This document shows, one piece after another, positions 28,347 through 38,022 of a stretch of DNA of 64,000 bases. Source of the DNA: Bacteroidia bacterium. GTDB lineage: Bacteria > Bacteroidota > Bacteroidia > 2-12-FULL-35-15. The notes beneath the pieces were generated by a model, which searched no databases, was not told where the DNA came from, and was given only the letters and a program-made list of their open reading frames with translations. Numbering within the stretch: position 1 is the stretch's first letter; each line of letters opens with the position of its first letter. Made by a program: the position numbers and the translations under genes. The stretch covers positions 92,334-156,333 of the forward strand of contig JAURXZ010000049.1 in NCBI GenBank assembly GCA_030654175.1, in the 5' to 3' direction.

Positions 28347-29804
28347 ATGTCAGAAGAAAAAACAGAATTAAAGCGTTCATTGGGGCTCATTGATGCTACC
28401 AGTATTGTTGCAGGTTCAATGATCGGTTCAGGGATTTTTATTGTAACAGCTTCCATGTCAAGGGATGTAGGTTCAGCCGGTTGGATGCTTGTGCTTTGGC
28501 TTATTACAGGGTTGATCACTGTATCTGCTGCTTTAAGCTATGGCGAACTTGCCGGTATGATGCCCAATGCAGGCGGACAATATGTATATCTGCAACGAGC
28601 TTATGGAAGAATGATTTCTTTTCTTTATGGTTGGACTGTATTTACTGTTATTCAAACCGGTGTAATTGCAGCTGTTGCTGTGGCATTTGCAAAATATTCT
28701 TCTGTGTTTTTTCCTGAATTGAATGATGTTTTATTTACGATCAGTAAATCATTTCAAATTACTTATGCCCAAATCCTTGCTATGGCAAGTATTGTGTTGC
28801 TTTCCTATATTAATAGCAGGGGGGTACAAAGCGGAAAAAACATTCAGTTGATATTTACATCGGCAAAGTTATTTGCCTTGTTTGCATTGATAATATTAGG
28901 TTTGGCCGTTGGACTAAAAGGTGATACAATAGCTCAGAATTTTCATGATATGTGGAGCGCAAGTAAAACCACTGTTACTGATGGGGTTGTAAATGTTGCT
29001 CCATTAGTAGGTTTTGCATTAATGGGTGCAATGGGGGCAACCATTATCAATTCATTATTTTCGAGTGATGCCTGGAATAATGTAACATTTATAGCCGGTG
29101 AAATTAAAGACCCGAAAAAAAACATTCCACGTAGTCTGTTTTTAGGAACTTTTATCGTTACCATCATTTATATTTTAGCCAATATTGCTTATTTGGCTTT
29201 GTTACCAATGAAAGGAAGCCCAACAGCCACTGATGTATTAGGACAAGGCATTATGTTTCCCAGTAATGATAGGGTAGGGGCTGCTGCTGCATCTGTAATT
29301 TTTGGAAATCCCGGAGTTTACATTATGGCCGCTTTAATTATGGTTTCAACATTTGGATGTAATAATGGTATTGTGCTTGCCGGTTCACGTTTGTTTTATG
29401 CAATGGCTAAAGATGGTTTGTTTTTTAAGAAAGCAGAAACATTAAATAAAAATCAGGTACCTGCAAAAGCATTGTGGTTTCAGTGTATTTGGGCTTGTGT
29501 ATTATGTTTATCAGGTAAGTATAACGACTTATTGACGTATGCTACTTTTGCTTCATTGATATTTTATATATTAACTATTGCAGGAGTTTTTATTCTTCGT
29601 AAAAAAGAACCTGATACCGAACGCCCTTATAAAGCATTTGGTTATCCGGTTATCCCCGCTTTATATATAATAGTTACAACAGCTATTTGTATCGATTTAT
29701 TAATTTATGATACTAAAAATACAGGATTTGGTTTGTTGATAGTATTGCTTGGGATCCCTGTATATTATTTAACTCAAAAAAAATCGCCTGATTCAAATTT
29801 GTAA
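28347..29804 (+). CDS. APC-superfamily amino acid permease (second, distinct paralog)
   Basis: TM1 motif SIVAGSMIGSGIF; 485 aa polytopic. Confidence 0.85.
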   Translation: MSEEKTELKRSLGLIDATSIVAGSMIGSGIFIVTASMSRDVGSAGWMLVLWLITGLITVSAALSYGELAGMMPNAGGQYVYLQRAYGRMISFLYGWTVFTVIQTGVIAAVAVAFAKYSSVFFPELNDVLFTISKSFQITYAQILAMASIVLLSYINSRGVQSGKNIQLIFTSAKLFALFALIILGLAVGLKGDTIAQNFHDMWSASKTTVTDGVVNVAPLVGFALMGAMGATIINSLFSSDAWNNVTFIAGEIKDPKKNIPRSLFLGTFIVTIIYILANIAYLALLPMKGSPTATDVLGQGIMFPSNDRVGAAAASVIFGNPGVYIMAALIMVSTFGCNNGIVLAGSRLFYAMAKDGLFFKKAETLNKNQVPAKALWFQCIWACVLCLSGKYNDLLTYATFASLIFYILTIAGVFILRKKEPDTERPYKAFGYPVIPALYIIVTTAICIDLLIYDTKNTGFGLLIVLLGIPVYYLTQKKSPDSNL

Positions 29805-29928
29805 AGTGCTCGGATTACGCAAATATCAATACAGACAGACCTTCCGGTTTTTTTAACCCAGTAAGTAGGTGTAATTTTGGTGTAATTATTTAGTTTCATA
29901 AATTCGTAAACATTCGTTATCTGTAACC

Positions 29929-30879
29929 ATGAAACAATTCATTCGTGATTATTTAACATTCAATAAACGGGAACGAAACGGGCTATTTGTATTGCTATCC
30001 ATTATTACCTTATTGATCATTTATTTAAATATTTCGGATAAATTTGTTGAACCTGTAAAGGTTGATTTTACTAAATTTGAAAAAGAAATTGAACAGTTTA
30101 ATGCATCTGTAAAACTGATCAATGATTCTTTAAAAAACGAAAGTCAGAATAAATATACCCATCTGAATGAAGAATCCCGGGAAACGAAAACACCGGATAA
30201 TACTCTTAATAAACAACCTGAGCATTTTAATTTTAATCCGAATAATTTATCCAATACTGATTGGCAGCGTTTGGGTTTGGCTGAAAAACAAATTCAAACA
30301 ATAAAGAATTATGAATCAAAAGGTGGAAAATTCAGATACAAAGAAGATGTAAAAAAAATGTATTGTATCTCTGAAAAGCAATATTTATCACTGGAGCCTT
30401 ATATCCAGATCCCGATTGCAAAGAAAATTTTCAAAGAGTTTGAAACTGCAAAATCTGCAAACAAAAATCCGAAAACTTCATTTACAATTGTGGAACTTAA
30501 TTCAGCTGATTCCACTCAACTAACCCATATAAAAGGTATTGGCTCTTTTTATGCAAAAACAATTATTAAATACCGGAATTCACTTGGTGGTTTTGTAGCT
30601 AAAGTACAATTAATGGAGATGTGGAAATTTGACTTCGATAAGTTTGAAGAAGTAGAAAAATATATAATTCTGGATGTATCACAAGTGAAAAAAATAAATA
30701 TAAACACTTGTACAGCAGCGGAATTAAAACATCCATACATCAGTTGGAATGCGGCAAATGGCATCTTTAACTATCGAACCAATCATGGTAAATACAAAAC
30801 ACTTGAAGAGATAAAAAAAACCGATTTGGTTGATGACGAAACATACCGTAAAATTGCACCTTATTTAATTCTTGAATAA
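29929..30879 (+). CDS. Membrane-anchored helix-hairpin-helix DNA-binding protein (ComEA-like)
   Basis: N-terminal TM segment. HhH motifs (ELNSADSTQLTHIKGIGSFYAKTII and NINTCTAAELKHPYIS). Confidence 0.55.
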   Translation: MKQFIRDYLTFNKRERNGLFVLLSIITLLIIYLNISDKFVEPVKVDFTKFEKEIEQFNASVKLINDSLKNESQNKYTHLNEESRETKTPDNTLNKQPEHFNFNPNNLSNTDWQRLGLAEKQIQTIKNYESKGGKFRYKEDVKKMYCISEKQYLSLEPYIQIPIAKKIFKEFETAKSANKNPKTSFTIVELNSADSTQLTHIKGIGSFYAKTIIKYRNSLGGFVAKVQLMEMWKFDFDKFEEVEKYIILDVSQVKKININTCTAAELKHPYISWNAANGIFNYRTNHGKYKTLEEIKKTDLVDDETYRKIAPYLILE

Positions 30880-30987
30880 GTAATTCGAAAACACAAATCT
30901 CCCCATTTTCTGTTATCTTTATGATGAATATTGCTGAAGCACTGAGCTGAAGAAAATAAAAATAATTTATTTTATAATACAAATACT

Positions 30988-31515
30988 ATGTTGGAACAAA
31001 AATTGAAAACCGGAATTCGTGATGTGCCTGATTTCCCTAAGCCTGGCATACTTTTTAAAGATATCACACCCATATTACACAATCCAAAGCTTTGTGATGA
31101 AATTGTAGAAGTATTCTCTAAGTATTGCGCAGATAAAAACATTCATGCCATTGTGGGGGTGGAGAGTCGTGGATTTTTGTTTGGTTTTGCGCTGGCTAAC
31201 AAATTAAATATCCCTTTTGTATTGGTTCGTAAGGCTGGTAAATTGCCCTATAAAACGATTTCATACGAATATGATCTGGAGTACGGCAGTGCGAAAGTGG
31301 AGATGCAGGTGGATGAAATTAAACCGGGCTGGAATGTAATGATACACGATGACTTGCTTGCTACCGGAGGTACAGCCGAAGCTGCTGCAAAATTAATTCA
31401 GATGCAAAATGGCACTGTTGCTGGTTTTGCCTTTGTAGTAGAATTAGATTTTTTGAAAGGTAAAGAAAGGTTAAGCCAATATTCTGAAAATATTATTAGT
31501 TTGGTAAATTACTAA
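30988..31515 (+). CDS. apt: Adenine phosphoribosyltransferase
   Basis: PRPP-binding motif VMIHDDLLATGGT; VGVESRGF; 175 aa. Confidence 0.9.
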   Translation: MLEQKLKTGIRDVPDFPKPGILFKDITPILHNPKLCDEIVEVFSKYCADKNIHAIVGVESRGFLFGFALANKLNIPFVLVRKAGKLPYKTISYEYDLEYGSAKVEMQVDEIKPGWNVMIHDDLLATGGTAEAAAKLIQMQNGTVAGFAFVVELDFLKGKERLSQYSENIISLVNY

Positions 31516-31653
31516 ATTCATTTGGCTTCTCAAAAAGCCTTTCTTCCCGTCATTTCGAGCGGAGTCGAGAAATCTTGTTACTTGATTAACAATATGCCTC
31601 GGCTCCGTTCAGTGTGACATTTAGGAAAAATTAATTTTATTTAGCCTCAAAGA

Positions 31654-32541
31654 TTACTTATAAGCCTTTACCAATACCTCCAAAGCATTTTGAGTAACCT
31701 TATTTACTTTTACCAAAGGTAAACGAAGATTTGCCTTACAAATACCAAATAATTCCAACACCGCTTTAATTCCCGCAGGATTTCCATCTGCAAATAATTG
31801 TTCGGTGATATCAGTTAATTTATAATGTAATTTCTGTGCTTCTTTTACATTACCCGCTAAGATCTGGCGCGTCATTTCTGAAAAATCTTTTGGAAAAGCA
31901 TTTGCTATAACGGAGATTACACCATCAGCACCACTTGCTATCATTGGTAAAGAAAGCATATCATCACCTGAGATCACTAAAAACTCTTTCGGTTTGTATT
32001 TAATGATCTTCATGCATTGTTCTAAATTACCGGACGCTTCTTTAATAGCAATAATGTTTTTAAAATCATTTGCTAATTTAATAGTTGTTTCAGCGGTCAT
32101 GTTTGAGCAGGTGCGTCCCGGAACGTTATATAATATGATAGGGACAGGACAAGCTTCTGCAATAGCTTTATAATGCTGATAAATACCTCTTTGATTCGGC
32201 TTGTTGTAAGCAGGTGATACCGAAAGAATTGCATCTATACCATTAAAATCAGTAGTTTTAAGACTGTTTACAATTTCCAGTGTATCATTTCCGCCTAAAC
32301 CAAGAACTATAGGCACACGTTTATTAACGCTTTCAATAACTTGTGCTACTACCGATTTTTTTTCATCTTTCGATAATGTAACAGATTCACCGGTTGTACC
32401 TAATACAACAACGTATTCGCATCCACCTTTAATAATATGATTAACAAGCTTGTTTAACGATTTATAATCAACACTATTATCTTTATTGAATGGAGTTACT
32501 ATTGCAACCCCTGTACCTTTAAATTTATTGTTATTGCTCAT
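31654..32541 (-). CDS. dapA: 4-hydroxy-tetrahydrodipicolinate synthase
   Basis: GTTGES motif and conserved Schiff-base lysine context; 295 aa. Confidence 0.9.
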   Translation of the reverse strand: MSNNNKFKGTGVAIVTPFNKDNSVDYKSLNKLVNHIIKGGCEYVVVLGTTGESVTLSKDEKKSVVAQVIESVNKRVPIVLGLGGNDTLEIVNSLKTTDFNGIDAILSVSPAYNKPNQRGIYQHYKAIAEACPVPIILYNVPGRTCSNMTAETTIKLANDFKNIIAIKEASGNLEQCMKIIKYKPKEFLVISGDDMLSLPMIASGADGVISVIANAFPKDFSEMTRQILAGNVKEAQKLHYKLTDITEQLFADGNPAGIKAVLELFGICKANLRLPLVKVNKVTQNALEVLVKAYK

Positions 32542-32620
32542 GTTTGATATGTTTTTTTTTCGATTAAAAGATGTGAAGATAAATCAAAGAATTTGTTAAT
32601 TATCAAATTTTCAAATTGTT

Positions 32621-33739
32621 TTAGCCCTTGTATAATGAAATCAATTGTTTTGTAATATTTTGCGGGTTAAATTTTTGCGCGTATTCAAAACCGCGTTCCG
32701 ACATTTGTTTACGATCGCTTTCAGAACTTAAAAGTAAATTTACCTTTTCGGCCAGTTCATTTTCATCTTCCGGATTAATATAAATGCTGTCAGGCCCACC
32801 TGCTTCAGGAAAGCAACCGCCTCTTGTTGTAATAACAGGAGTTTTACTTGTTAATGCTTCAATGATAGGAATACCAAAACCTTCCAGTACTGAAGGAAAA
32901 ATAAATACTGTTGCCAGTTTGTATATTACCGGCAGGTCAGCATTAGTAACGTATTCAAGAAATTTAACACGATTTTCTAATTTGTTTTTAGTGATATATT
33001 CCATCACCGTTTTGAAATAATTTTTCTTCTTTCCAACGATTACTAAAGGAATATCTTTTATTTGTTTTAATGCCTTTATTATGGTTAATAAATTTTTACG
33101 CTCCTCTACCGTACCAACATATAACAAGAAATTATCAGGTAAATGATGTTTGGCAATTACTTCCTGAATATGCTCTGCAGAAGGTTGTTGATAATATAAC
33201 TCATCACAACTTTGGTAAATGACCTGAATTTTATTTTCTGGAATAAAATAATATTTTTCTATATCGCGTTTGGTTTCTTCGCTGATAGCAACAATTACAT
33301 CAGCCGTATCACAAGCGTGACGAAATTTTTTGTTGTAAATTTTACTATCTAAAAAAGGATATAATTTAGGGTAACGTAAAAAAATAAGATCATGAATAGT
33401 AACGATCTTTTTTCCTTTAAAGTTCTTTATATTAAACGGCAGTTCATTGCTAAGGCCATGATACACATTGATTTGTTGCTCACTTAACAGTTCCGTAATT
33501 CCAAAAGAACGCCAGCGTGATCGCAACGTTTTATCAATAAAACCATGAGGTTCCTGAACATTTATATTTTTTTGTGTAGCAATATATTTTTGAAAATCAG
33601 TATCAGGCTGATGAGTAGTGAATAACGTATACTTATTTTCCGGATAATAATGGTGCAATGATTTAACAAGTGTACGTGCATAATTACCCAATCCACTAGT
33701 ATTCAGAAAAGCCCTTTTGGCATCAAATGCAATGTTCAT
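32621..33739 (-). CDS. GT4-family glycosyltransferase (group 1)
   Basis: C-terminal EGFGIPIIEAL retaining-GT motif; 372 aa. Confidence 0.8.
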   Translation of the reverse strand: MNIAFDAKRAFLNTSGLGNYARTLVKSLHHYYPENKYTLFTTHQPDTDFQKYIATQKNINVQEPHGFIDKTLRSRWRSFGITELLSEQQINVYHGLSNELPFNIKNFKGKKIVTIHDLIFLRYPKLYPFLDSKIYNKKFRHACDTADVIVAISEETKRDIEKYYFIPENKIQVIYQSCDELYYQQPSAEHIQEVIAKHHLPDNFLLYVGTVEERKNLLTIIKALKQIKDIPLVIVGKKKNYFKTVMEYITKNKLENRVKFLEYVTNADLPVIYKLATVFIFPSVLEGFGIPIIEALTSKTPVITTRGGCFPEAGGPDSIYINPEDENELAEKVNLLLSSESDRKQMSERGFEYAQKFNPQNITKQLISLYKG

Positions 33740-33822
33740 AATACTCTACGAATTACTATTTTAACGAATTACTATTTTAACGAATTAAAAATTTGTATTA
33801 AATTGCTACTCTCCAGGCTAAT

Positions 33823-33912
33823 GTCGCGTTAGGGATTGCAACGAAAATCCTTTTCTGTTTAGAAAAGATTGAAGTGTAAAGCCCGCCCTTTCTTTTTCAA
33901 GAAAGGAACGCC
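33823..33912 (+). repeat. Copy D of the dispersed structured intergenic element, plus orientation
   Basis: Conserved blocks as in the other copies; lies between two minus-strand genes. Confidence 0.8.
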
Positions 33913-33925
33913 CAAATCCCATTAA

Positions 33926-34732
33926 TTAAACTGCAACATCATACTCTCTCAAAGCATTATTCAGAGAGGTTTTTAAATCAGTACTTTCTTTACGTTGTCC
34001 AATAATTAATGCGCAGGGAACCTGAAAGTCACCAGCCGGAAATTTTTTGGTGTAAGAACCTGGAATAACCACAGAACGGGGAGGAACAATTCCTTTATAT
34101 TCTTTAGGTTCGGAAGATGTTACATCAATAATTTTTGTTGATTTAGTAAGTACAACGTTGGCACCAAGTACCGCTTCTTTTTGAACTCTTACACCTTCTA
34201 CCACTATACAGCGTGAACCAATAAAACAACCATCCTCAATAATAACAGGAGCCGCTTGTACAGGTTCCAGCACCCCGCCAATTCCAACCCCACCGCTTAA
34301 ATGCACATCTTTACCAATTTGGGCGCAAGAGCCAACAGTGGCCCATGTATCTACCATTGTACCACTGTCCACATAAGCACCAATATTTACATAGCTCGGC
34401 ATCATGATCACGCCTTTAGCTAAATATGCTCCGTATCGGGCAACAGCATTAGGAACAACGCGCACGCCAAGTGCTTCATAATTTGTCTTTAACTTCATTT
34501 TATCATGATACTCAAAAATTCCAACTTCAATAGTTTGCATTTTTTGAATTGGAAAATAAAGTATCACTGCTTTTTTGATCCATTCATTTACTTTCCAGTC
34601 GTTTCCGATAGGCTCCGCAACACGCAGCTTACCTTTATCAAGCATTTCAATTACTTCATGTATCGTATTTTTTGTTTTTTCGTCTTTTAGTAATTCCCGG
34701 TTTTCCCAGGCAGCTTCAATTATTTGTTGCAT
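33926..34732 (-). CDS. dapD: 2,3,4,5-tetrahydropyridine-2,6-dicarboxylate N-succinyltransferase
   Basis: Left-handed beta-helix hexapeptide repeats; 268 aa. Confidence 0.8.
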   Translation of the reverse strand: MQQIIEAAWENRELLKDEKTKNTIHEVIEMLDKGKLRVAEPIGNDWKVNEWIKKAVILYFPIQKMQTIEVGIFEYHDKMKLKTNYEALGVRVVPNAVARYGAYLAKGVIMMPSYVNIGAYVDSGTMVDTWATVGSCAQIGKDVHLSGGVGIGGVLEPVQAAPVIIEDGCFIGSRCIVVEGVRVQKEAVLGANVVLTKSTKIIDVTSSEPKEYKGIVPPRSVVIPGSYTKKFPAGDFQVPCALIIGQRKESTDLKTSLNNALREYDVAV

Positions 34733-34982
34733 GTTTATTGATTTCTAAAATGTTTGTTCCTACAAATGTATTGAATATTTATTTTAAAAGATCTAATTCT
34801 CTGTGATCTAAAATTGGTTTTAAAAGTATGGAATTAGAATTTAAGGGATCATTGTTTTTTAAGGATAAAAATGGTCAGCAGATTTAATTTGGCGCTTAAT
34901 TGAAGAACTCAGTCTAAAAGGAGAATTTACAGATTTAGAAATTAGAATTTAATACTTGAATCTTTTTCATTATTTTTGTGCG

Positions 34983-35393
34983 ATGGCTCGTATAATGGCA
35001 ATTGATTATGGTAGCAAACGCGTTGGGATTGCTGTTACAGATCCTTTTCAAATTATTGCCACGGGGCTTACAACTGTTCATTCAAAGGATTTGATTGAAT
35101 TTTTGAAAAACTATGTGCTGAAGGAAGAAGTGGAATGCATTGTGGTGGGGGAGCCAAAGCGCTTGAATAATGAGCCTTCCGATTCGGCTCGTTTTATTGA
35201 ACCTTTTGTACTGCATTTAAAACGTACATTCCCGGGTATAAAAGTTGAACGGATGGATGAGCGCTTTACCTCAAAGATGGCATTTCAGACAATGATCGAT
35301 AGTGGGTTAAAGAAGAAAGCAAGACAAAATAAAGAGTTGGTAGATGAAATTAGCGCTACCATTATTTTGCAGAGCTATATGAATAAGAAATGA
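34983..35393 (+). CDS. ruvX: Putative pre-16S rRNA nuclease / Holliday junction resolvase-like YqgF
   Basis: MARIMAIDYGSKRVGIAVTD N-terminal motif. Start chosen at the internal Met of the ORF-track frame. Confidence 0.85.
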   Translation: MARIMAIDYGSKRVGIAVTDPFQIIATGLTTVHSKDLIEFLKNYVLKEEVECIVVGEPKRLNNEPSDSARFIEPFVLHLKRTFPGIKVERMDERFTSKMAFQTMIDSGLKKKARQNKELVDEISATIILQSYMNKK

Positions 35394-35475
35394 TTACGGA
35401 TTGCGGATTTATGATTGCGGATTAGGTGATTATCAATCCGAAATCGACAATCCGAAATCCTAAATTTTATAAAAA

Positions 35476-36075
35476 ATGATATTACCAGTTATCGCTTATG
35501 GCGACCCCGTTTTGCGCAAAATAGGAGAGGAGATCACTAAAGATTATCCCGGTTTGCAGGATACAATTGCGAATATGTTTGAAACGATGCACAATGCACT
35601 TGGCGTTGGTTTAGCTGCTCCACAAATTGGCAAATCTATCCGTTTGTTTGTTATTGAAACCAAGCCATTCACCGAAAGGGAAGAAAATGACGAAGATGAG
35701 GATGAATTTTCTCCTGAAGAACGTGAACAATTAGCAAATTTTCGCAAAGTATTTATTAACGCAAAAGTTATTGAAGAAGAGGGGAAAGAATGGGTTTTTA
35801 ATGAAGGATGCCTGAGTATTCCAAAGATACGTGAAGATGTTTTGCGTAAGCCTAAAATACACATTCAATATTATGATGAAAACTTTAACTTCTTTGATGA
35901 AACGTATGAAGGGCTTGCAGCAAGAGTTATTCAGCATGAGTTCGATCATATTGAAGGTAAATTATTCACCGATAGGATCAGTCCTTTGCGCAGACGTTTA
36001 TTACAAGGTAAACTTACAGATATATCAAAAGGTAAAGTAAAGATAGGTTATAAGATGCGCTTTCCGAGCAGGTAG
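35476..36075 (+). CDS. def: Peptide deformylase
   Basis: GVGLAAPQIG, EGCLS and HEFDHIEG metal-binding motifs. Confidence 0.92.
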   Translation: MILPVIAYGDPVLRKIGEEITKDYPGLQDTIANMFETMHNALGVGLAAPQIGKSIRLFVIETKPFTEREENDEDEDEFSPEEREQLANFRKVFINAKVIEEEGKEWVFNEGCLSIPKIREDVLRKPKIHIQYYDENFNFFDETYEGLAARVIQHEFDHIEGKLFTDRISPLRRRLLQGKLTDISKGKVKIGYKMRFPSR

Positions 36076-36222
36076 TTTTAAGGGATTTAGCAATTTTAAG
36101 ACAGACAATTAAATAAACAGTGAAATAACGATTTAGAAAAGTGTTAACTTTAAATTCAATCATTTTTGTAATTAGCAAAACCTACAAATCAATTAATCTC
36201 CAAATCAATAATTAAAAAAGAT

Positions 36223-36777
36223 ATGAAAGACTTAAAATTAGCTTTAATAGTGGGCCTGATGGTTTTTATTGCATCATGTGGAAATGAGCAAAATGCTGAA
36301 AAAAGCGCAACAGGAGAACAGCCACTTCGCGAGCAATACATTTCTCAAATAAAAAATCTGGAGAAAGAAATGCACCAATCTACAGAAATGAATAATACCA
36401 CAGCAAATCTGGCTATCAAAGCCTATACCGATTTTGTGATTATTTTCCCAACTGATTCCCTGGCTCCTGATTATTTATTTAAGGCGGGCGAAATTGCTAC
36501 AGCAACAAAAAAATACAAGCAGGCTTTAATGCATTATCAAGCCATTACAACTAAATATCCTGATTATAAATATTTTAGAGAAAGCCTTTATTTACAAGGT
36601 TTTTTACTGGATAATTTTTTGAATGATGATGCAGGTGCCAAGATCATTTACGAAGAAATTGTTGCCAAATATCCTGACACAAATTATGCAAAAGATGCTA
36701 AAGCTGCCATCAATAATTTAGGCAAAACGGATGAACAATTGATAGAGGAGTTTAAGAAGAAAAACGAAAAAAAGTAA
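36223..36777 (+). CDS. TPR-like lipoprotein (hypothetical)
   Basis: Lipobox LMVFIASCG. Repeated YPDxxY/AKDA motifs. Confidence 0.5.
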   Translation: MKDLKLALIVGLMVFIASCGNEQNAEKSATGEQPLREQYISQIKNLEKEMHQSTEMNNTTANLAIKAYTDFVIIFPTDSLAPDYLFKAGEIATATKKYKQALMHYQAITTKYPDYKYFRESLYLQGFLLDNFLNDDAGAKIIYEEIVAKYPDTNYAKDAKAAINNLGKTDEQLIEEFKKKNEKK

Positions 36778-36795
36778 GTAAGTACTAATAAAATC

Positions 36796-36872
36796 GCCAC
36801 AGATTTCACAGATTTAAGTTTCACTTTTGGGGAACCATTTTTAATCTGTGTAATCTGTGGCAATTTTTTTTT
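36796..36872. terminator. Long bidirectional hairpin (19-bp arms gccacagatttcacagatt / aatctgtgtaatctgtggc, about 28-nt loop) plus T-run, between convergent genes
   Basis: Arms differ at one position. T9 tract on the plus side. Confidence 0.6.
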
Positions 36873-36877
36873 GGTCC

Positions 36878-37675
36878 TTAACTAAATTCTTTCTCAAGCA
36901 ATTCTCTCAATCGTTGAGGCGTTAGGGCATGTTTCAGATTACCTTCCTTCGAAACTGAAATTTCTCCTGTTTGTTCAGAAACCACAATTGCAATGGCATC
37001 CGTATTTTCAGTGATGCCTACTGCAGCGCGGTGGCGCATTCCCAGGTGGGCCGGGAAGTTCGAATCTTCTGTAACAGGCAAAACACATCGTGCACCGGTT
37101 ATTATATTGTTGGATATTATTACCGCTCCATCATGTAATGGAGAATTTTTATAAAAAATACTTTCAATTATCCGTACCGAAACCTTTGCATGGATAGCAT
37201 CACCGGTATTGGCATAAAACTTCAGATCATTATTTTTTGTGATAATAATAATTGCTCCTGTTTTGCTTTCGCTCATATTTTTACAAGCCTTAACAATGGC
37301 ATTGATATCCAGAACCTGTTCCTTATTTACCTGCCACTTAAAATCAAAGATCCCTTTACTTAATTTCCCTTTTGTAAAAATATCGCTGGTACCAATAAAT
37401 AGTAAAAAACGCCTTAATTCCTGTTGAAAAACAATGAGTAAAGCAATAAATCCAACATCAATAAATTTAGCCAATATGCTTCCAAACAGGTGCATATTAA
37501 GGGTTTTTACAACCAGCCATAATAAATAAAATAAAAGAATACCAATGAATATATTAATAGCAACTGTCCCTTTTATCAAATAATACAATTGATAAATCAA
37601 CAGGGCTACCAATAAAATATCCACCACATCAATCCAGCGAACAGTAATAAAGCCTTGAATGAATAGATTTAACAT
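36878..37675 (-). CDS. cdaA: Diadenylate cyclase CdaA (c-di-AMP synthase, DAC domain)
   Basis: Three N-terminal TM helices. DGA and RHRAA DAC motifs (HDGAVIIS...GMRHRAAVGITE). Confidence 0.75.
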   Translation of the reverse strand: MLNLFIQGFITVRWIDVVDILLVALLIYQLYYLIKGTVAINIFIGILLFYLLWLVVKTLNMHLFGSILAKFIDVGFIALLIVFQQELRRFLLFIGTSDIFTKGKLSKGIFDFKWQVNKEQVLDINAIVKACKNMSESKTGAIIIITKNNDLKFYANTGDAIHAKVSVRIIESIFYKNSPLHDGAVIISNNIITGARCVLPVTEDSNFPAHLGMRHRAAVGITENTDAIAIVVSEQTGEISVSKEGNLKHALTPQRLRELLEKEFS

Positions 37676-37757
37676 GGTACAAGTATAAGAATTTTAAGTT
37701 TTGTTAGCTGAGTTCGATTAATAAAACAACAACAATTGGTTTAAAATATGCGAATTT

Positions 37758-37855
37758 GGGCGTTTCCTTTCTTAAAAGAGAAAGGACCGGGCTTTCCGCT
37801 TCAATCTTTTTGAGAAGAACAAAAAGGATTTCTGCTGCAATCCCTAACGCAGCAT
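37758..37855 (-). repeat. Copy E of the dispersed structured intergenic element, minus orientation
   Basis: Conserved blocks as in the other copies. Hairpin stems differ from them by compensatory substitutions. Confidence 0.8.
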
Positions 37856-38022
37856 CGTCACTGAAAAAGGCCTTTTCACTTTCGGGCCTTATACGACAAG
37901 GATTAAAGAACAGATTTGTGAGACAAGAATGGTTGGAACACAAACGTGCAGATAATTGTTGAGTATAGTTATCTTATCAAAATAGACTTATCAAAATACT
38001 CCATCTTAATATTCAAATTAAT

